Shown here piece by piece: positions 12,780 to 26,020 of a stretch of 64,000 nucleotides of DNA; positions within the stretch are counted from its first letter, which is position 1, and each line of letters begins with the position of its first letter. The notes beneath the pieces are model-generated. The model worked only from the letters and a program-made list of their open reading frames with translations. It made no database searches and was not told where the DNA came from. A program made the translations under genes and the position numbers. Origin of the DNA: Felis catus (lineage: Eukaryota); contig NC_058368.1 in the NCBI RefSeq assembly GCF_018350175.1, positions 160,582,001-160,646,000 of the forward strand, given 5' to 3'.

Positions 12780-14000
12780 CCCTTAGGCATGAATGAAAAA
12801 AGAAGAGAAAACCTTGCTTCTTTGATCTTAGTGTTGAGTAGAAGGAAGCAGATGGAAAAAAAATATTAGAAAATAAAATTGCTTAGAATTTTCCAAAATT
12901 TTTGGTCAACAATAACCCTGCTATTCTGGAAACCCAGGGAAATCTAAATAGGATACATAAAAATAAATCTCCACCTAGACATATCATAGTTAAACTGTAG
13001 AATACCAAATAAACAGATAAACATTTTTAAAGCTGCCAAAGAGGAAAAACAGATCAGTTATGAAAGAACAGTAATTGATAACTAATTTATATTCAACAAC
13101 AGTAAGAAGATACAGAAGATAGTGGAAGAATTTCTTCTATGTGCTGAGATAATGTAACTGTCAGCCTAGAATTCAATACTTAGAATGAATGTTTTCACTT
13201 GTGAAGGAGAAATAAAAATATCTTTAGGAAAACAAAAACTTAGAATTTACTATCAACAGACACAGACTAAAAGAAATTCTAAAGAACAGTATACCTAGAA
13301 AAAATATTACATCAAATAGAATGCCTCTAAGGGAAGAAAGAGTGAGGTGATTTTTTTTTTAAGTATGTTTATTTTGAGAGAGAGAGAGAGGGAGGGAGGG
13401 ACCAAGCGAGCATGGCAGGGGCAGATAGAGAGAGACAGAGAGAGAGAAATCCCAAGCAGGTTCCACACAATCAGTGAGGAGAGAGAGTCTTAAGCAGACT
13501 CCACACCCAGCTTGGATCCCAATTTGAGGGTTGATTTTGCAAACCATGAGATCATGATCTGAGCCAAAATCAAGTCAGCACTCGACTGAATAAGCCACCC
13601 AGGTGCCCCACAGTTTTGATAAATAAGTAGTATAAACCAACGTTTAGTGGGAAAAATTAATATCTAATTTGTGAAATAAAAAGAGCTAGAATTAAACCAT
13701 TGGACAAAGTAGTCTATTCATCAGGAAGAAATTATTCAGAGGACCTTTAATATTTGGGGGAAATTCTATTAATTTAATACTAACTTAATAAGTTTACTAC
13801 TTTGTTCAGTTCAACAGCCATACTAAAATAGAAAATATGACTATTAGAATAAGTTTAAATATTATAATTTAGAAATAAAGGAAAAATAACACTTAGTAAA
13901 ACTAAAAGAAAGATAAGAGGGAGGGAAACAAAAGTACCAGGCAGAGATGAAAATACAGTTTTAGAAACAAATCCAAATATATTGATAATCACTTTAATTT
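12780..14000 (+). mobile_element. Old L1/HAL1 ORF1 region
   Basis: CCTAGACATATCATAGTTAAACTG encodes PRHIIVKL; TTTTTAAAGCTGCCAAAGAGGAAAAACAGATC resembles LKAAREK-QI of L1 ORF1; split by a SINE. Confidence 0.8.
13351..13609 (-). mobile_element. CAN-SINE with duplicated internal segment
   Basis: Two successive GAGAG..AAGCAG(G/A)(T/C)TCCACAC blocks at ~13441-13510; no clear TSD. Confidence 0.92.
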
Positions 14001-14159
14001 TTCCTTTAAAAAGAGATAGCAAACATCTTTCTCTCTTTGTAAAACTTTCATTTTGGAATAATTACAGATTCATATTTATATTCATAGGTGTAGTTGAAAT
14101 ACAAAGTTATACTGTCACTACAAAAATATCTTTTGTGCTACCCCCTCATTTTTATATCT

Positions 14160-15300
14160 GTGAATGTATAATCTTTTTTGAGTTTCTTAATTTTTTTGTT
14201 TGCTTTTTCTTCATGGTTCATATTGGCTGTTTCTGTTGTACTATTATTCAAGTTTACTGATTTTCCCCCCTTGGTTCTCCATTTTGCTTTCAAGTCCATG
14301 CGCTGAGATTTTTAATTTGAAGATTAAATTTTACAATTCTAAAAATTCCATTTAGTTCTTCTTTATATCTTCTCGTTTTTACTGAGTGTTGTACTTTTTA
14401 TTCATTCGTTTTAATAAAATCTATTTGCAGTTGCTCATTGAAGCATTTTAACTTTTTTGATGGTTGATTTAAAGTGTTTGTCAAATAATTTTAATATTCA
14501 TGTCAACTCATTATAGGCATTTGTCGATTGTCATTTCTCATTTAACTTGAGATTTTCATGGTTCTTGGTGTGATGAGTGATTTTCAGCTGAAACCTGGAA
14601 CATTTGGGGAATCATATGATAAGACTTCGAATCTTATTCAAATTGTGTGGAGCAGGCCTCCTCTGACACCACTCTGGTAGGAAAGAAGGTGTTGCTTTGG
14701 TATTACCAGGTAGGGATAAAAGTCCAGAATCTGACAGGGTGGGGGAACAGCTTTTCCTTAATTCTGGCTAGGGGTGACAGAGCAGGTTACCTGCCAGTCC
14801 TGCTGATACAGTCCTGGCTGGGAGGGGCAGTGCTGACCTTGTGGCTGTGTGTGTGAGGGCTTGGCTTCAATACTGCTGAGGGGTGTGGGAAGTCCTGCTA
14901 GGTGTGCTCTGGGACCACTTCTGTGAAGGGTGGTATGGCTCTGGGTGAGGTTGAAAATCTAGATTCAACCTGTGGTTTCTCCTGACCAGGGTGGGTCTGA
15001 GTAAAGGAAGTGGGAAACTTAGCAGGGGAAAAAAACTCCCTCCTGGTCTTGTCTTATGCCACACCAGCCAGGTTCTTGGGGTGCCTAGTTAGAGCTGGGA
15101 AGGGGTGGAAGTTCAGCTTCTCCACTCAATCTTTGCTAGTGGAGATGGAGGTGGAGCTTCACACTTTTCTCTGTGGTATTTGGCTAGAGTAGAGCAGTTA
15201 TTATCTATAAGTTTTCATTCCAGGCTGCCTGTTTCCTGGTTCTTTGGTTACATAGACCAAAATTTTCTTAGAACGTTTATTTTTTCTATCTGTGTGCATT
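14160..15300 (-). mobile_element. Old L1M 5'/ORF1 region
   Basis: T-rich antisense ORF1-like sequence (TTCAAGTTTACTGATTTT, AATTCCATTTAGTTCTTCTTTATATCTTCT) followed by a G-rich 5'UTR-like block. Confidence 0.6.
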
Positions 15301-15955
15301 AATGTTTGTTTCTGAGATGGTTTGGACATTATAGCTGCTGTAATGAAGATAAATTAAAGTCCCACAACATCAGTTTATCTCTGTCACTTGTATTGTGTCT
15401 TTTGAAGCTCTAGTATAGAGAAGCTGTTCATTCTGGTTATTTCATGTTGGTCTGGGCCTTTCTATGATCTCTGCTCATCAGCTACTAATGAAGGATAAAA
15501 GGTACAGAGATTGTTCATATACCATGGAAGATTGTTGCTAAACATAAATGCAATTTCTTGTTTGATGCTGGTAGATCTTAACCACATCTATGGCTTAGAT
15601 TGCCATTTTTATGCTGACACTTGTAACATAATTAACGAATAACATTCAGGTGATGTACACCAGTAAGAATGAACAAGTTAGGAAATTACTGAACTTGTCT
15701 TGTATTAGTTGCTAAATAGTCCCTAAGTGTCTCTCCTAACCCCACTGTCCACCTCCATGACTGTGTTTGCTACCTTGCCCTATCTCAAGGACCTTCATGG
15801 AACTCTCATTATGTATTTTCTAGATGGTTATTTTCTTATGCAGTGGGGAGCCTCTGGGACCCTGTTCCAATTTTATGACCAGGACCTTTTCTGATTGGGT
15901 AGTGGGATATATATGTGTGTACACACACACGCACATACACACAAACATGCACACA

Positions 15956-15957
<2 letters not shown>

Positions 15958-16012
<55 letters not shown>
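15958..16012. repeat. (TA)n microsatellite
   Basis: Directly visible; explains the IYIYIY ORFs. Confidence 0.98.
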
Positions 16013-16021
<9 letters not shown>

Positions 16022-16199
16022 TTTAATCTCAAAATGTTTCTGCAGGTTTAGCTCCACTTATCCAACTGTTACTGGACATACCTGTTTGATTATTCAATAT
16101 ATTACATACATACACACACAATCTTTTAATAAAACCAGCTTCTCATACTGTTTATGTGGTACAAGTTATCAATGGATGGCCTTGAAATTTTAGTTGGTT

Positions 16200-17125
16200 G
16201 CCTAAGCCAGAACTTGAAGATAATCATTAACCCTTGCTTTTCCAACTCTGAGTTCTAGTTAATGGTAAAATGTCCCTTGTTCCTCCACTTTAAGAGTCCC
16301 CAAACTCACCCATTTCTCCTTATTGCTTTTGCTTAGGTTGCTCTTACCTCTTACCTAGATTACTGAAGCTAACTCTTAATAGGTCTTCCTGCCTCCCATA
16401 TTCTCACAGCTCCAGCACGGTCTCTTCCATTCTCAAACAGTAACTCATTTTCAAAATTGCAGGTGATCCAGGCGCCAGCCCTCCAAGTGGTCTCCATTGT
16501 TTTCTCTTTGACTCCTTGGGGTCCAGCAGGCAGAGTGGCCTTGATCATTTTAGAAATAAATCAAAGCATAATGTATCTTTATTTAAAACTGTTCAGTGGC
16601 TTTTCATTTGTACCAAGATGGTATGCTAATTCTTTTCCTTACTGATATTTTATATTGTCTTCACTCTGGCTCATTGTGCACCCTCTTGTTAGACCTTCTG
16701 CTTCTTCATTTGCTGTGCTCCATATATGCTATGATTATTTATCTTCATGCAAGCCATGCTCTTCCCAGCCTCAATTATTTTCCCTTTGTGGTTTCGAATT
16801 TGCAGAGTTGCCCTTCTCTAGTTCTTTGAATGTCTGGCTTGCTCTTTAACATCTGCTCTCCAGGCTTTACCTCAGTAGCACTGCCTCAGAAGTCTTTCCA
16901 AACCTCCTCTCTAAGTTAGTGATCTCCAGCTCTGCTGTAGCTCACGGTCATGTTCATTTTCTTCACAGCTTTTAGCACTTTGCGAGTTTTGGGGGTATAT
17001 TTATCTTTAACATATTTGTTTCTTGTCCTCTCTAATAAAATGTAAACTCTCTGAGGGCAGTGCTCAAACTGACCCTGTTCATTCTGTGTCCCCTGGCATA
17101 TGAACTGTGTCTGGAACATAGTAAC
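16200..17125 (+). mobile_element. L2 LINE 3' region
   Basis: AATGTAAACTCTCTGAGGGCAG..CCTGGCATA..GTGTCTGGAACATAGTA L2 3' motif. Confidence 0.7.
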
Positions 17126-17149
17126 GATGACCATGATGATAATGACGAT

Positions 17150-17275
17150 GATGATGGGTAACTTGTGTTTATTACTTAACTGTGCTAAACATGTTGTGCA
17201 TAGGATCCCATTTAAACTCACATGATGTCGGCTAGAGTCAAGTACAAGTATTAATCCCATTGCATTAGGAACAAA
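17150..17275 (-). mobile_element. MIR SINE fragment
   Basis: CCCATTTAAACTCAC..TATTAATCCCATT MIR core-like. Confidence 0.55.
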
Positions 17276-18009
17276 ATCCTATAGCTTATACAAGCTATAC
17301 CTGCATTAGCTCCCATTCCTTTTCAGATAGCTGGAAGAGAAGTTATTACAGAAAAACTAGGAGAAATAGGCCTTAGAAATAAGACAGCTGGGTTGCCACA
17401 CCCACAGCACTAACAGTGCCTCAGACAGTAGAAAATAAAAGAAAGGAAATATAATCCATATTCTGGGAAGCCACTTTTTCAGTGTGTGGCCTGTCTGGGT
17501 CAACTGTTGGGATTCTGGCTGATTTTGTGGTTAGCTGATACGGCACTTAATATCAATGATGCATCTTGCTTCTTAAGAACAAAACTTATACTCAGTTTTT
17601 ACAAACCTGGTCCATCTACCTTTGCCTTTAGTGATGATAGGTAGGCATCTTTATTCTCTTAGTAATTTGGGTAATAGGCTTTATGGTGTGACAATATATA
17701 TATTTTTTAAATTTTGCTATATATTCAGTCAAATATCTTTCTCTTATTTCTGGATGCAAGTAATTGGTGGGCTCTTACTGCCTATTTGTGCATTTAAACA
17801 TAAACTCACAGCCTCTCATTCACAACTCAGTTTTATTATCTACCCTCACACAGTACATGTACTAAACATTCTTTTCTATTCACCTAAACATATGGCTCCT
17901 GCAAGTGCTGGGTGTTAATGCTATGGCGTAGGGTGGACCATCATGTGGTTTCCAGGGAATTTGTCTGCCTCTGAACATGAATGGTTTTCGGTTGTCTTCC
18001 ACCACACCT

Positions 18010-18135
18010 ATCTGGCATTTGAGAAAAACAAGGCACAGGATGATTAATTAACTTGTTCCTTATCATATAACTAGTGAGTCACAAAGCCAGAATTTGATTC
18101 CAAATACTCTGTTGAGAGCCCATGCTCTTAAGTGT
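18010..18135 (-). mobile_element. MIR SINE fragment
   Basis: GAGAAAAACAAGGCACAG..TAACTTGTTCC..ACTAGTGAGT..AGCCAGAATTTGA. Confidence 0.65.
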
Positions 18136-19858
18136 GAATCTCTATTTCAATTCTATGCTGTGTAATCAAGAACACATGTGTTCTATGTACTTGAATAAAT
18201 AAATCTTCATTCATTTTTAAAATTAAACCTCAACATTTTTCTTAAGAACACTTTCATTTTAATTATTTTCAACACTTATTAATTGGTAGCATTAATTGAA
18301 ATAGAATTTTTAGGTTTGATAATGAAACAGCAAACCTCACATATATTTATTAACTAGGAATGATTTTGGCAAGTTGTACACATGGAGCAGACATAGTCAG
18401 TGTGCTTCAACACATTTTATTTTTCATTCAAGAAGTAACCGTGACTTCACTTAGCCCCATATACTTCACTGAGGGTTGGGCTCAGTTAGCTAATAGCTGG
18501 GGCATAGGAACTGATAAATCACAATTGCAATTGCCAGAGACAGATAAAACCAAGCAGAGAAAAGAATGTATAAAGTTGCCATCTCCTGAGAAATCAGTGG
18601 CAATTTTCCTTGGAAAAGTCGAGCTCCGCCAGTTTGAGGAAAAGGATTAGAGAACTTTCTTTAATTAGAAAGTTCAATGAACAAAGCAAGGAAAATGATT
18701 TTCCCTCAGCCTGATGATGTTCAGAAGGGTAAAGAACTGGGTTGTTAATTCAGCTCGTCTTAAATGTTGATACAGATTCAAGGCTGTCACCCATTTGATG
18801 GGTGGCCCCTACAGGTCTTCAGTTCATATGCCAGTCCTCTGTGCATTGAGGGGACTTATGCATAAATCCTAATAGAGAGGGTGGATGGTAGATTGGTTCT
18901 TAAAGCAGTCAGTAGCTAACAAATTATCATCCTGGATGAAAAATGAGGTCATGAAGATTTAAATGTGGCAAGAAAGAAGAAGGTGCTGTCTGTGTAGGAA
19001 AGATAGTGTGAACCCATCTGTGGTAATAGATTAATTGCCTTCATTAACAGAGATGTATAACTTACACCAGCCATCAATAAATGTTTCAGATCTACTCAGG
19101 AGTGATTGCTCTGTTGATAAAAAAGATAAAGCTTATTCCCAAACAAAGGTAAAAGTAAATATATTTCTAAAATTTTCTGTGATATGAAACATAATTCTAT
19201 AATAAAGAATAATTACGTATCAAGTAAAAAAAATGGATGACAACAGAATTGCCTTAATAAACTACATCACCTCTAATGAATACTTTTTATCTAGCTCTAC
19301 TGTAGTATAGGAGGTATTTCTGGTTGGCAAAAACTATCTTTACTGACCAGAGTTTTTGCTTTGGCCTTTAAGATAATCAGACTATTTTAAAAAATCATTT
19401 AATGCAGTTATTCTCCATTTTAGCTCATAGTATTTTCGCCTCGTGTTCAAAGAGATGACTCCTGCGTTTCATTCTTCCATTAGTGTATCATTATTATGTA
19501 TGATTTGTAATAGGAAATAATACCTTAGAAACACTTTAAAAACTAATTTTTCCTTAAGTGATGCAAAAGTAGGTATAGTGGATTTGGAAAATAATTAGGG
19601 AATAATATCCATATAGTGTGTAGAATATTTTACATAATTATTGATATATAATAGCAATCTAAAGCAGTCAGAGGGAGAAGGCTATCAGGACTCCAGGTTA
19701 ACTATAATTGAATTCATTTGTGCCTTTGCTAACTGCAAACATTTCATATCTCATAGACTTTTATTATAACCCAACAGATACTTTGTAGTCAAGAAAAAGA
19801 ATCTGTCTTCAGTAGTTGAAGTGTTAACTATAAGAGAATAAGAACATGAAGTATCATC

Positions 19859-20058
19859 AATTCTTTTTTTTTTTGAGAGAGAGAGAGTGCACATATATGC
19901 AAGTGGGGGAGGGGCAGAGAGAGGGGGGAGACAGAGGATCCAAAGTAGGCCTCACACTGACAGCAGAGAGCCAGATGTGGGGCTCAACCTCACAAACCGT
20001 GAGAACATGACCTGAGGCAAAGTTGTATGCTTAACTGACTTAGCCACCCTGGCACCCC
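19859..20058 (-). mobile_element. CAN-SINE
   Basis: TSD GAACATGAAGTATCATC at 19842-19858 and 20061-20077. Confidence 0.97.
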
Positions 20059-20104
20059 ATGAACATGAAGTATCATCTTAAATCATAACATACACAAGTC
20101 TCCA

Positions 20105-20760
20105 TGATTCATTCATTCATTCAAAAATATTTATTGAGCACTTAGAACGTTGCAAGCAAAGCAGTTTCTGGAGATAAATTGATGAACAAAAGATACAAAA
20201 CATTACTTTTGTAATAGAATTTACATTCTAGTTGGAGAAAAGTTAAAAAGTAAGTTGTATATGGGCCACCTAGTTGGTGCAGTTGGTTGAGCATCCAACT
20301 CTTAATTTCAGCTCAGGTTATGATCAGACAGGTCATGGGATTGGGCCCTGTGTCAGGCTCCTAGCTGAGTATGGAACCTGCTTAAGACTCTTTTTTCCTC
20401 TCTTCCTCTGACCCTGTCCCCTATTCACATGTTCTCTCTCTCTCTCTCATTCTCTCTTAAAATAAAATAAATGTTTAAAAATTAGCAGTGTTAGGGAGAC
20501 TGAGAATATGGTGGTAGTGAGTGGCAATTTAAGTGGGCTGACCCTTGTGAATCTCCCTAAAAAATGCTTGAATAAAAACTTGGTAGAGGTGAGGAAGGGT
20601 GCCACATGGGTATATGAGGGAAGACCACTCCACAAAGAAGGAACAACCAATGCAAAGACCAGGAAGTAGGGACTACACTAGTCATGGCCAATTTGCAGTA
20701 AAGCCACTCTGGGTAGACCAGAGTTAATTATGGAAAGAGTAGAAAGAGATATGATCTGGA
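20105..20760 (-). mobile_element. L2 3' end, split by a SINE
   Basis: (ATTC)n AAAAATATTTATTGAGCAC antisense L2 terminus. Confidence 0.8.
20263..20481 (+). mobile_element. CAN-SINE (older, diverged)
   Basis: Head GGGCCACCTAGTTGGTGCAGTTGGTTGAGC; (CT)n; AAAATAAAATAAA. Confidence 0.92.
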
Positions 20761-20871
20761 CTTTATATTTGTACTATTGAACTTATGAACAGATTCACAC
20801 ATAAATGCGTACATGTATAATATACACATTGCTGGATTTTAATTAATTTACAGTTAAATAAATATCCTATT

Positions 20872-21083
20872 GGAGCACCTGGATGGCTCAGTCAGTTAAG
20901 TGTCCAAATCTTGGTTTCTGTTCAGGTCATGATCTCAAGGTAATGAGTTGGAGCCCTTCATCAGGCTCTGCGCTGACAGTGCAGATCCTGGTTGAGATTC
21001 TCTGTCTCCCTCTCTCTCTGCCCCTCCCTTACACTCACTTGCTCTCTCTCAAAATTAATTAATTAACTAATTAATTAATTAAA
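20872..21083 (+). mobile_element. CAN-SINE
   Basis: Canonical body; (TTAA)n-type tail; TSD around TATCCTAT. Confidence 0.95.
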
Positions 21084-21559
21084 ATTATCCTATCATTTAA
21101 AATGACATTAAAACAAGCCTTACTCATTTTGTTCTTGCTTTAAAAGAAAGGAAAAGGAAATGGAAATGAAGATAATTTTCAATGAATGTGAATGTACAGG
21201 ACTTGTTTTTACGATGGCAGATTTTCTTTAAACTATTATTTTAATTATTTTTCAAAAACCATTGCTTTAATAATTTGATTTTAAGACTTTTTAGAATTTC
21301 ATTTCACCATTTCTTCTGTGTTGTTTTGAAAATCACAAGTACATTTCTCTTTCAGAAATGTCAAAAAGTCACTCCGTATATGAAACACTGTTCCTATCTT
21401 ATTCTGTCTCAGAGGGTCTAAAATGACCAATGTCTGTCTGTATTTTGTGCTAAGGCATTGAAACCTCCTATCATATGCATATATTCTCTGGAAATGGTGA
21501 GACATTAAGTAATCATTAGTATAATAGGTTGAATTTATCAGAGAGCAACATTTTACATT

Positions 21560-21745
21560 TTGCAGCACTTTATAGCACTTTAAAGCATTTTCACATAATT
21601 AAATTATTTCAGTCCTTTGGCATATTATCATACCTGTTTTGCAGATCAAGAAAGTAAAGCTTATAGAAGTTAGTGACATGAACTTAACCATTTTAGTTAG
21701 TAAATAGGAAAACCCAACCCACATTTCAGATATTCTGATTCCAAG
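21560..21745 (-). mobile_element. MIR SINE
   Basis: TTTAAAGCATTTTCACAT..CCTGTTTTGCAGAT..GAAAGTAAAGCT. Confidence 0.65.
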
Positions 21746-21837
21746 TGAACTTCCTTATTTTACGAAATATAATGGGAGGAAAAAAGTAATTCACAAGGAT
21801 TCCCTCCTTGCCTAAACTCCAGTCAGATTCCTTTTTA

Positions 21838-22157
21838 GGCAGGTTTTATCTTCTCTGACCACAAATATTTAAATTAAGTCTTGCCCGTTAATCTTTATCA
21901 CAATACCCTGACTGCTGCTTGTTGATTAGTGTCAGTAATAATTCATTTACTCATTTTGGTCTGTCTCTTTAATTAGAATACAAATGCCACTAGGTCAGAG
22001 ACTGTGTTGTCTTATTTACCACCTAGTGTTATCTAGAGCTCTCAGCACAATGCAGGTAGCTAGTCTGCACTCAGATGACCCTTGAATGAATGAGTCCTGT
22101 GAGATGCTAACTGGGACATGTTGACTTGCTAAAAATGCATCAAGCTGTGATTTAGGA
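21838..22157 (+). repeat. Local duplication copy A (L2 3' end plus flank)
   Basis: Colinear with 23691-23998. Confidence 0.85.
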
Positions 22158-22159
22158 CT

Positions 22160-22787
22160 TTTGATTAGAGGGTTGGGACTTTGTCCCCACCCCCAGACCT
22201 CCATGCTGGGAAGAGGGGCTGGAGGTTGAATTTAGTCACCAAATGGCCAATTTTTAATCAATCATGCCTATTTAATGAAGCTTCTACAAAAATTCCTAGC
22301 TTTGGAGACCTGGGTTGGCGAACAGGTAGAGGTGCTGAGAGGCTGGCACACTTGGCGTGGAAGCTCCACTCCCCTTCCCACATACCTTGCCTTGTGCCTC
22401 TCTTCTGCGTAGCTATTCCTGAGTTGTGTCATTTTATACATAATAACCCAGTCATGTAGAAAGTCCACTGTTTTCCTGAGTTTGGGGAGCTGCTCTCCCA
22501 AATTATCGAAACCTAAGAAAGGTTCACAGGGAGTCTCTGATTCAGAGTTGGTCATTCAGAAGTACTGGTGACAACCTTCACTGATGGGCATCTGAAGTAG
22601 AGGCGGCCGGGAGCAGTTTTATGGAAATGAGTACTCGAGTAAATAGCATCCGAATTAAATTGAATTACAGGATACCTAGCTGGTGTTAGAGATTTGGTGG
22701 GTGTGAGACAAACCCCACACATGTGGTGATCAGAAGTGAAATATTAAGAGGAGACACAGGAGAGTTTATTCTTTTCATGATTAAATG
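22160..22787 (+). mobile_element. MER21-like LTR (5'-truncated)
   Basis: TGATTAGAGGGTTGGGACTT..GAGGGGCTGGAGGTTGA..AATCAATCATGCCTA..AAACCCCACACAT..CAGAAGTG typical of MER21. Confidence 0.8.
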
Positions 22788-23690
22788 GGTAGCATATTTA
22801 AACTGCCTAGTGTAATTTTTGGCCCATGGTAGGAATTCAATAAAAGATGGAGAGGCACCCTTTTTATTCTCTTTTCCTATTAATAGCCAATTCCAGCATG
22901 TTTTCTTCAAACACCAGACATAGCTGAATTGTTAGCCAGAATCAAGCCCACACTAATGACAATATGTTGCATAATGAAGGCCCTATTTCAGAATAGGGTG
23001 AAATCATTTAATATATATGCTGTAATTCACCAAAGTGACTGCATGTACCATTAATTAGTAGTGATTTTTATTGAATCTCTCCAACACTTTTTCATTTTAT
23101 TCAAGAATGTACACTTTAGTGTAAAATTAGAGAACACATTTGAGACTTTTCCTAATGGGTATCAGGACTTATACAAAAATGTTCTGTGAACTAAAAATAT
23201 GTAAACATTTTGAACTTGAGTCTCTGAGAAATTAAGCAAATTCAAACTTTTTTAGAGTTTAAATATCATATTCCACCCCTTATAGCCTTTTGCCATGAAA
23301 TAGTGAACTGTACTGAGTCATGACCATGTTTATAGCTATGGAATAATGGAGCTGTCTTAGTAGAGTACTGTACAGAAAAGACAAAAATCTAAAATTTACC
23401 AATAGGAATTTAGAGAATGAATCAGGATAAAATATCCTAGTATTATTATGTAGGCAGTACTTATTAAAAACCATAAGGAAATGAATGAGCTGAATAATGC
23501 AGGTGTCTGGGAATGGAGTATTCTCAACAGAGGCATAAGCAAATGTAGCACAAGCTTGCTTGGGTTGTTTGTGATTAAGAAAGTAGCAAAGAGCCAGTGT
23601 GTCTGGCACAGAATGATGTCAGAGTGGCGGGAGTAGTAGGATTTGAGAAGGACACCTGTGCCTGCTCTTTCCATCCTATCCTCCTTCATG

Positions 23691-23998
23691 GGCAGATTTG
23701 GTCTTCTCTGACCGCAAATACTTAAGTTTTGCCTGTTAATCTGTATCATGGTACCCTGACTGTTGCTTATTTATTAACATCATTAATAATTTGTTTGTTT
23801 TGGTACATCTCTTTAAAATACACAAAGCCAGAGACTGTGGTGTCTTATTTATCATGTCAGCTTTATCTCTAGCACTCAGCACAGTGCCAGGCACCTGGAT
23901 GACACTCAAATAGCTATTGAATGAATGAGTGACTGTTCTGTGAGGTGGTAACTGGGACATGCTGACTTGCTAAAAAAGTATGAAGCTGTGATTTAGGA
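23691..23998 (+). repeat. Local duplication copy B
   Basis: Colinear with 21838-22157; terminal 50 nt are 46/50 identical. Confidence 0.85.
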
Positions 23999-25776
23999 TT
24001 TGTGAACTTTTCTATAGGCACATTGTATTTCAGTAAAAATCCCTCCAATAGTGCAGAATAAAAATATACACAATGAAAATTTAACAAACTTGGGGAAGTG
24101 ATGATAAAAACAAAAAAGAACAAACCCAGAAACAGATAGTGAACTGGACCAGAACAGTATTCAGCAATCTATAGCTGTTTGGGTAGCCTTATACCCATGT
24201 CTCTAAAATGACTTTGAAGTAGCTAGGAACTTCCCACTCTCCCTGAACCCTTTCTCTTGCTTCTGAAGAATTAAAATCCTACTCTAGTTCCTGGAAAAGT
24301 TCCCTTGGAAAGTTCTTTACCAAAACAGCAGATACCATTTTAATTGGTATATCGAGCACTGCTATAGTTCAGTTATGTTTTCACTTAAATCACCTTTTGG
24401 CAACATATGGGGAACTAATACCATTTAATTGACTGGAAACAGTAAAAGCAGAAGTCATAATTCCACATCACTGACTTTTCCTAAGTCCAACTATTGCATA
24501 TAATAAATGTTTAAAATAAGTATTTTAAAAGTAAGGTATTTTAATTAATTCATTCAATGTTAAATATTGGTCAGAACAAAGATGTGCCTTCCGACCCCAC
24601 TGAAGTTACAGGTATATTCCAGAAGCCAACTTATTCCCTCTTGCTTGTGTTTAATCCATGCACAGCAGGTTTTAATAAATTAATAGTATGCAACATATGG
24701 AAAAACTCAGTTCCTTCAAAATAAATAAAGCAACAATTAGGTTGCCCAGTTGAAGAATTCCAAGAGGCACACTGAAATTTCATATGTACACAAGTTTTAT
24801 ATAAAACTTTTTCATCTCATACAATTCCATTTACTTGACAACCTCCTTGTTCTAATCAATAAAAATAATTTGAAAATTTATTATAATTAAATATTAAAAT
24901 TCTTCTCCAAGTTACATACTTAGTGGTTTAAAAACATTTTCAATAGAGGTCTTGTCTGGAAACCATTGTTGAGATATTTGGGCTCTCCTTCAGGAGGACA
25001 GAAAATCCAGTGGCTTATGACTCCTGGGAAATACATAAAACCTTCCTTTCCTCTTCACCTCATTCTCCAGTAATATGCCATCAAGTATCTTTAGACTTGG
25101 ATAACCTTAGTATGATAGGCAGTATGATGGTATGGTAGGCAGATAGGTAGATAAATGCATCACTATCTTTTTTTTCTGATCCCATTAATTAAAAAAAAAA
25201 TGGAAAGGTGATTGCTTCAGAGAAAGTATATACATTTTTTATATACATCAGACCTTCTTGTTGACTGATTATTTGGACCCTGTTATTGACTTATATATTT
25301 CAAATGGTACAGGAGGAGATACCGAACTTAAATTAACATGTTTACTCTTTGTTTATGTGAGAGAGAATAGCTTTTGTTCCAAGGGCTGAGTTTTATCTTG
25401 AAGAGTCTACGTGTCCATTACCATTTGTTGATTAATTTGCAAAATAGACTTATCTTTCGTACAGATCTCAGTCATTAAAGGTTTAATTGACTTGTTACTT
25501 GGCAATTGGACCAGGCTTGTCCTTCACACCCTAAACTTGAAGGATGGCGTGGTCTTCCTAGACAATGTCACACTGTGGTATGACAAGCAAGTGGCAACAA
25601 CCTTAGACAAAATTTTGAGACTTCACAAATTAATCTTTCTACTAAAATTACATTTTCTTCATTTAAAATTATTATTGGGAATATTTTTATTGATCATTGT
25701 GTCTCCTTAGGTACTATGGTATGATAGTCATTCCATGGCTTCTCTAAAATACCCTGATTGTAAAATAGACAACCGA

Positions 25777-25957
25777 GGGGCACCTGGGTGGCTCAGTTGG
25801 TTAAGCATCCAACTCTTGATTTTGGCTCAGGTCATGATCTCATGGTTCATGGGATTGAGCCATACATCAGCCTCTGCACTGATGGCATGGAAACTTGCTT
25901 GGAATTCTCTCTCCTCTCTCTTTGCTCCTCCCCCAGCTCATGCTCTCTCTCTCTCTT

Positions 25958-26004
<47 letters not shown>

Positions 26005-26020
26005 TTCTGTCTCAAAATTA
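25777..26020 (+). mobile_element. CAN-SINE with long (CT)n
   Basis: Canonical head and (CT)n tract. Confidence 0.95.

Noticed and set aside
15820..16193. Overlapping IYIYIY ORFs on both strands
   Set aside because: (TA)n and (CA)n repeats lack stops in these frames
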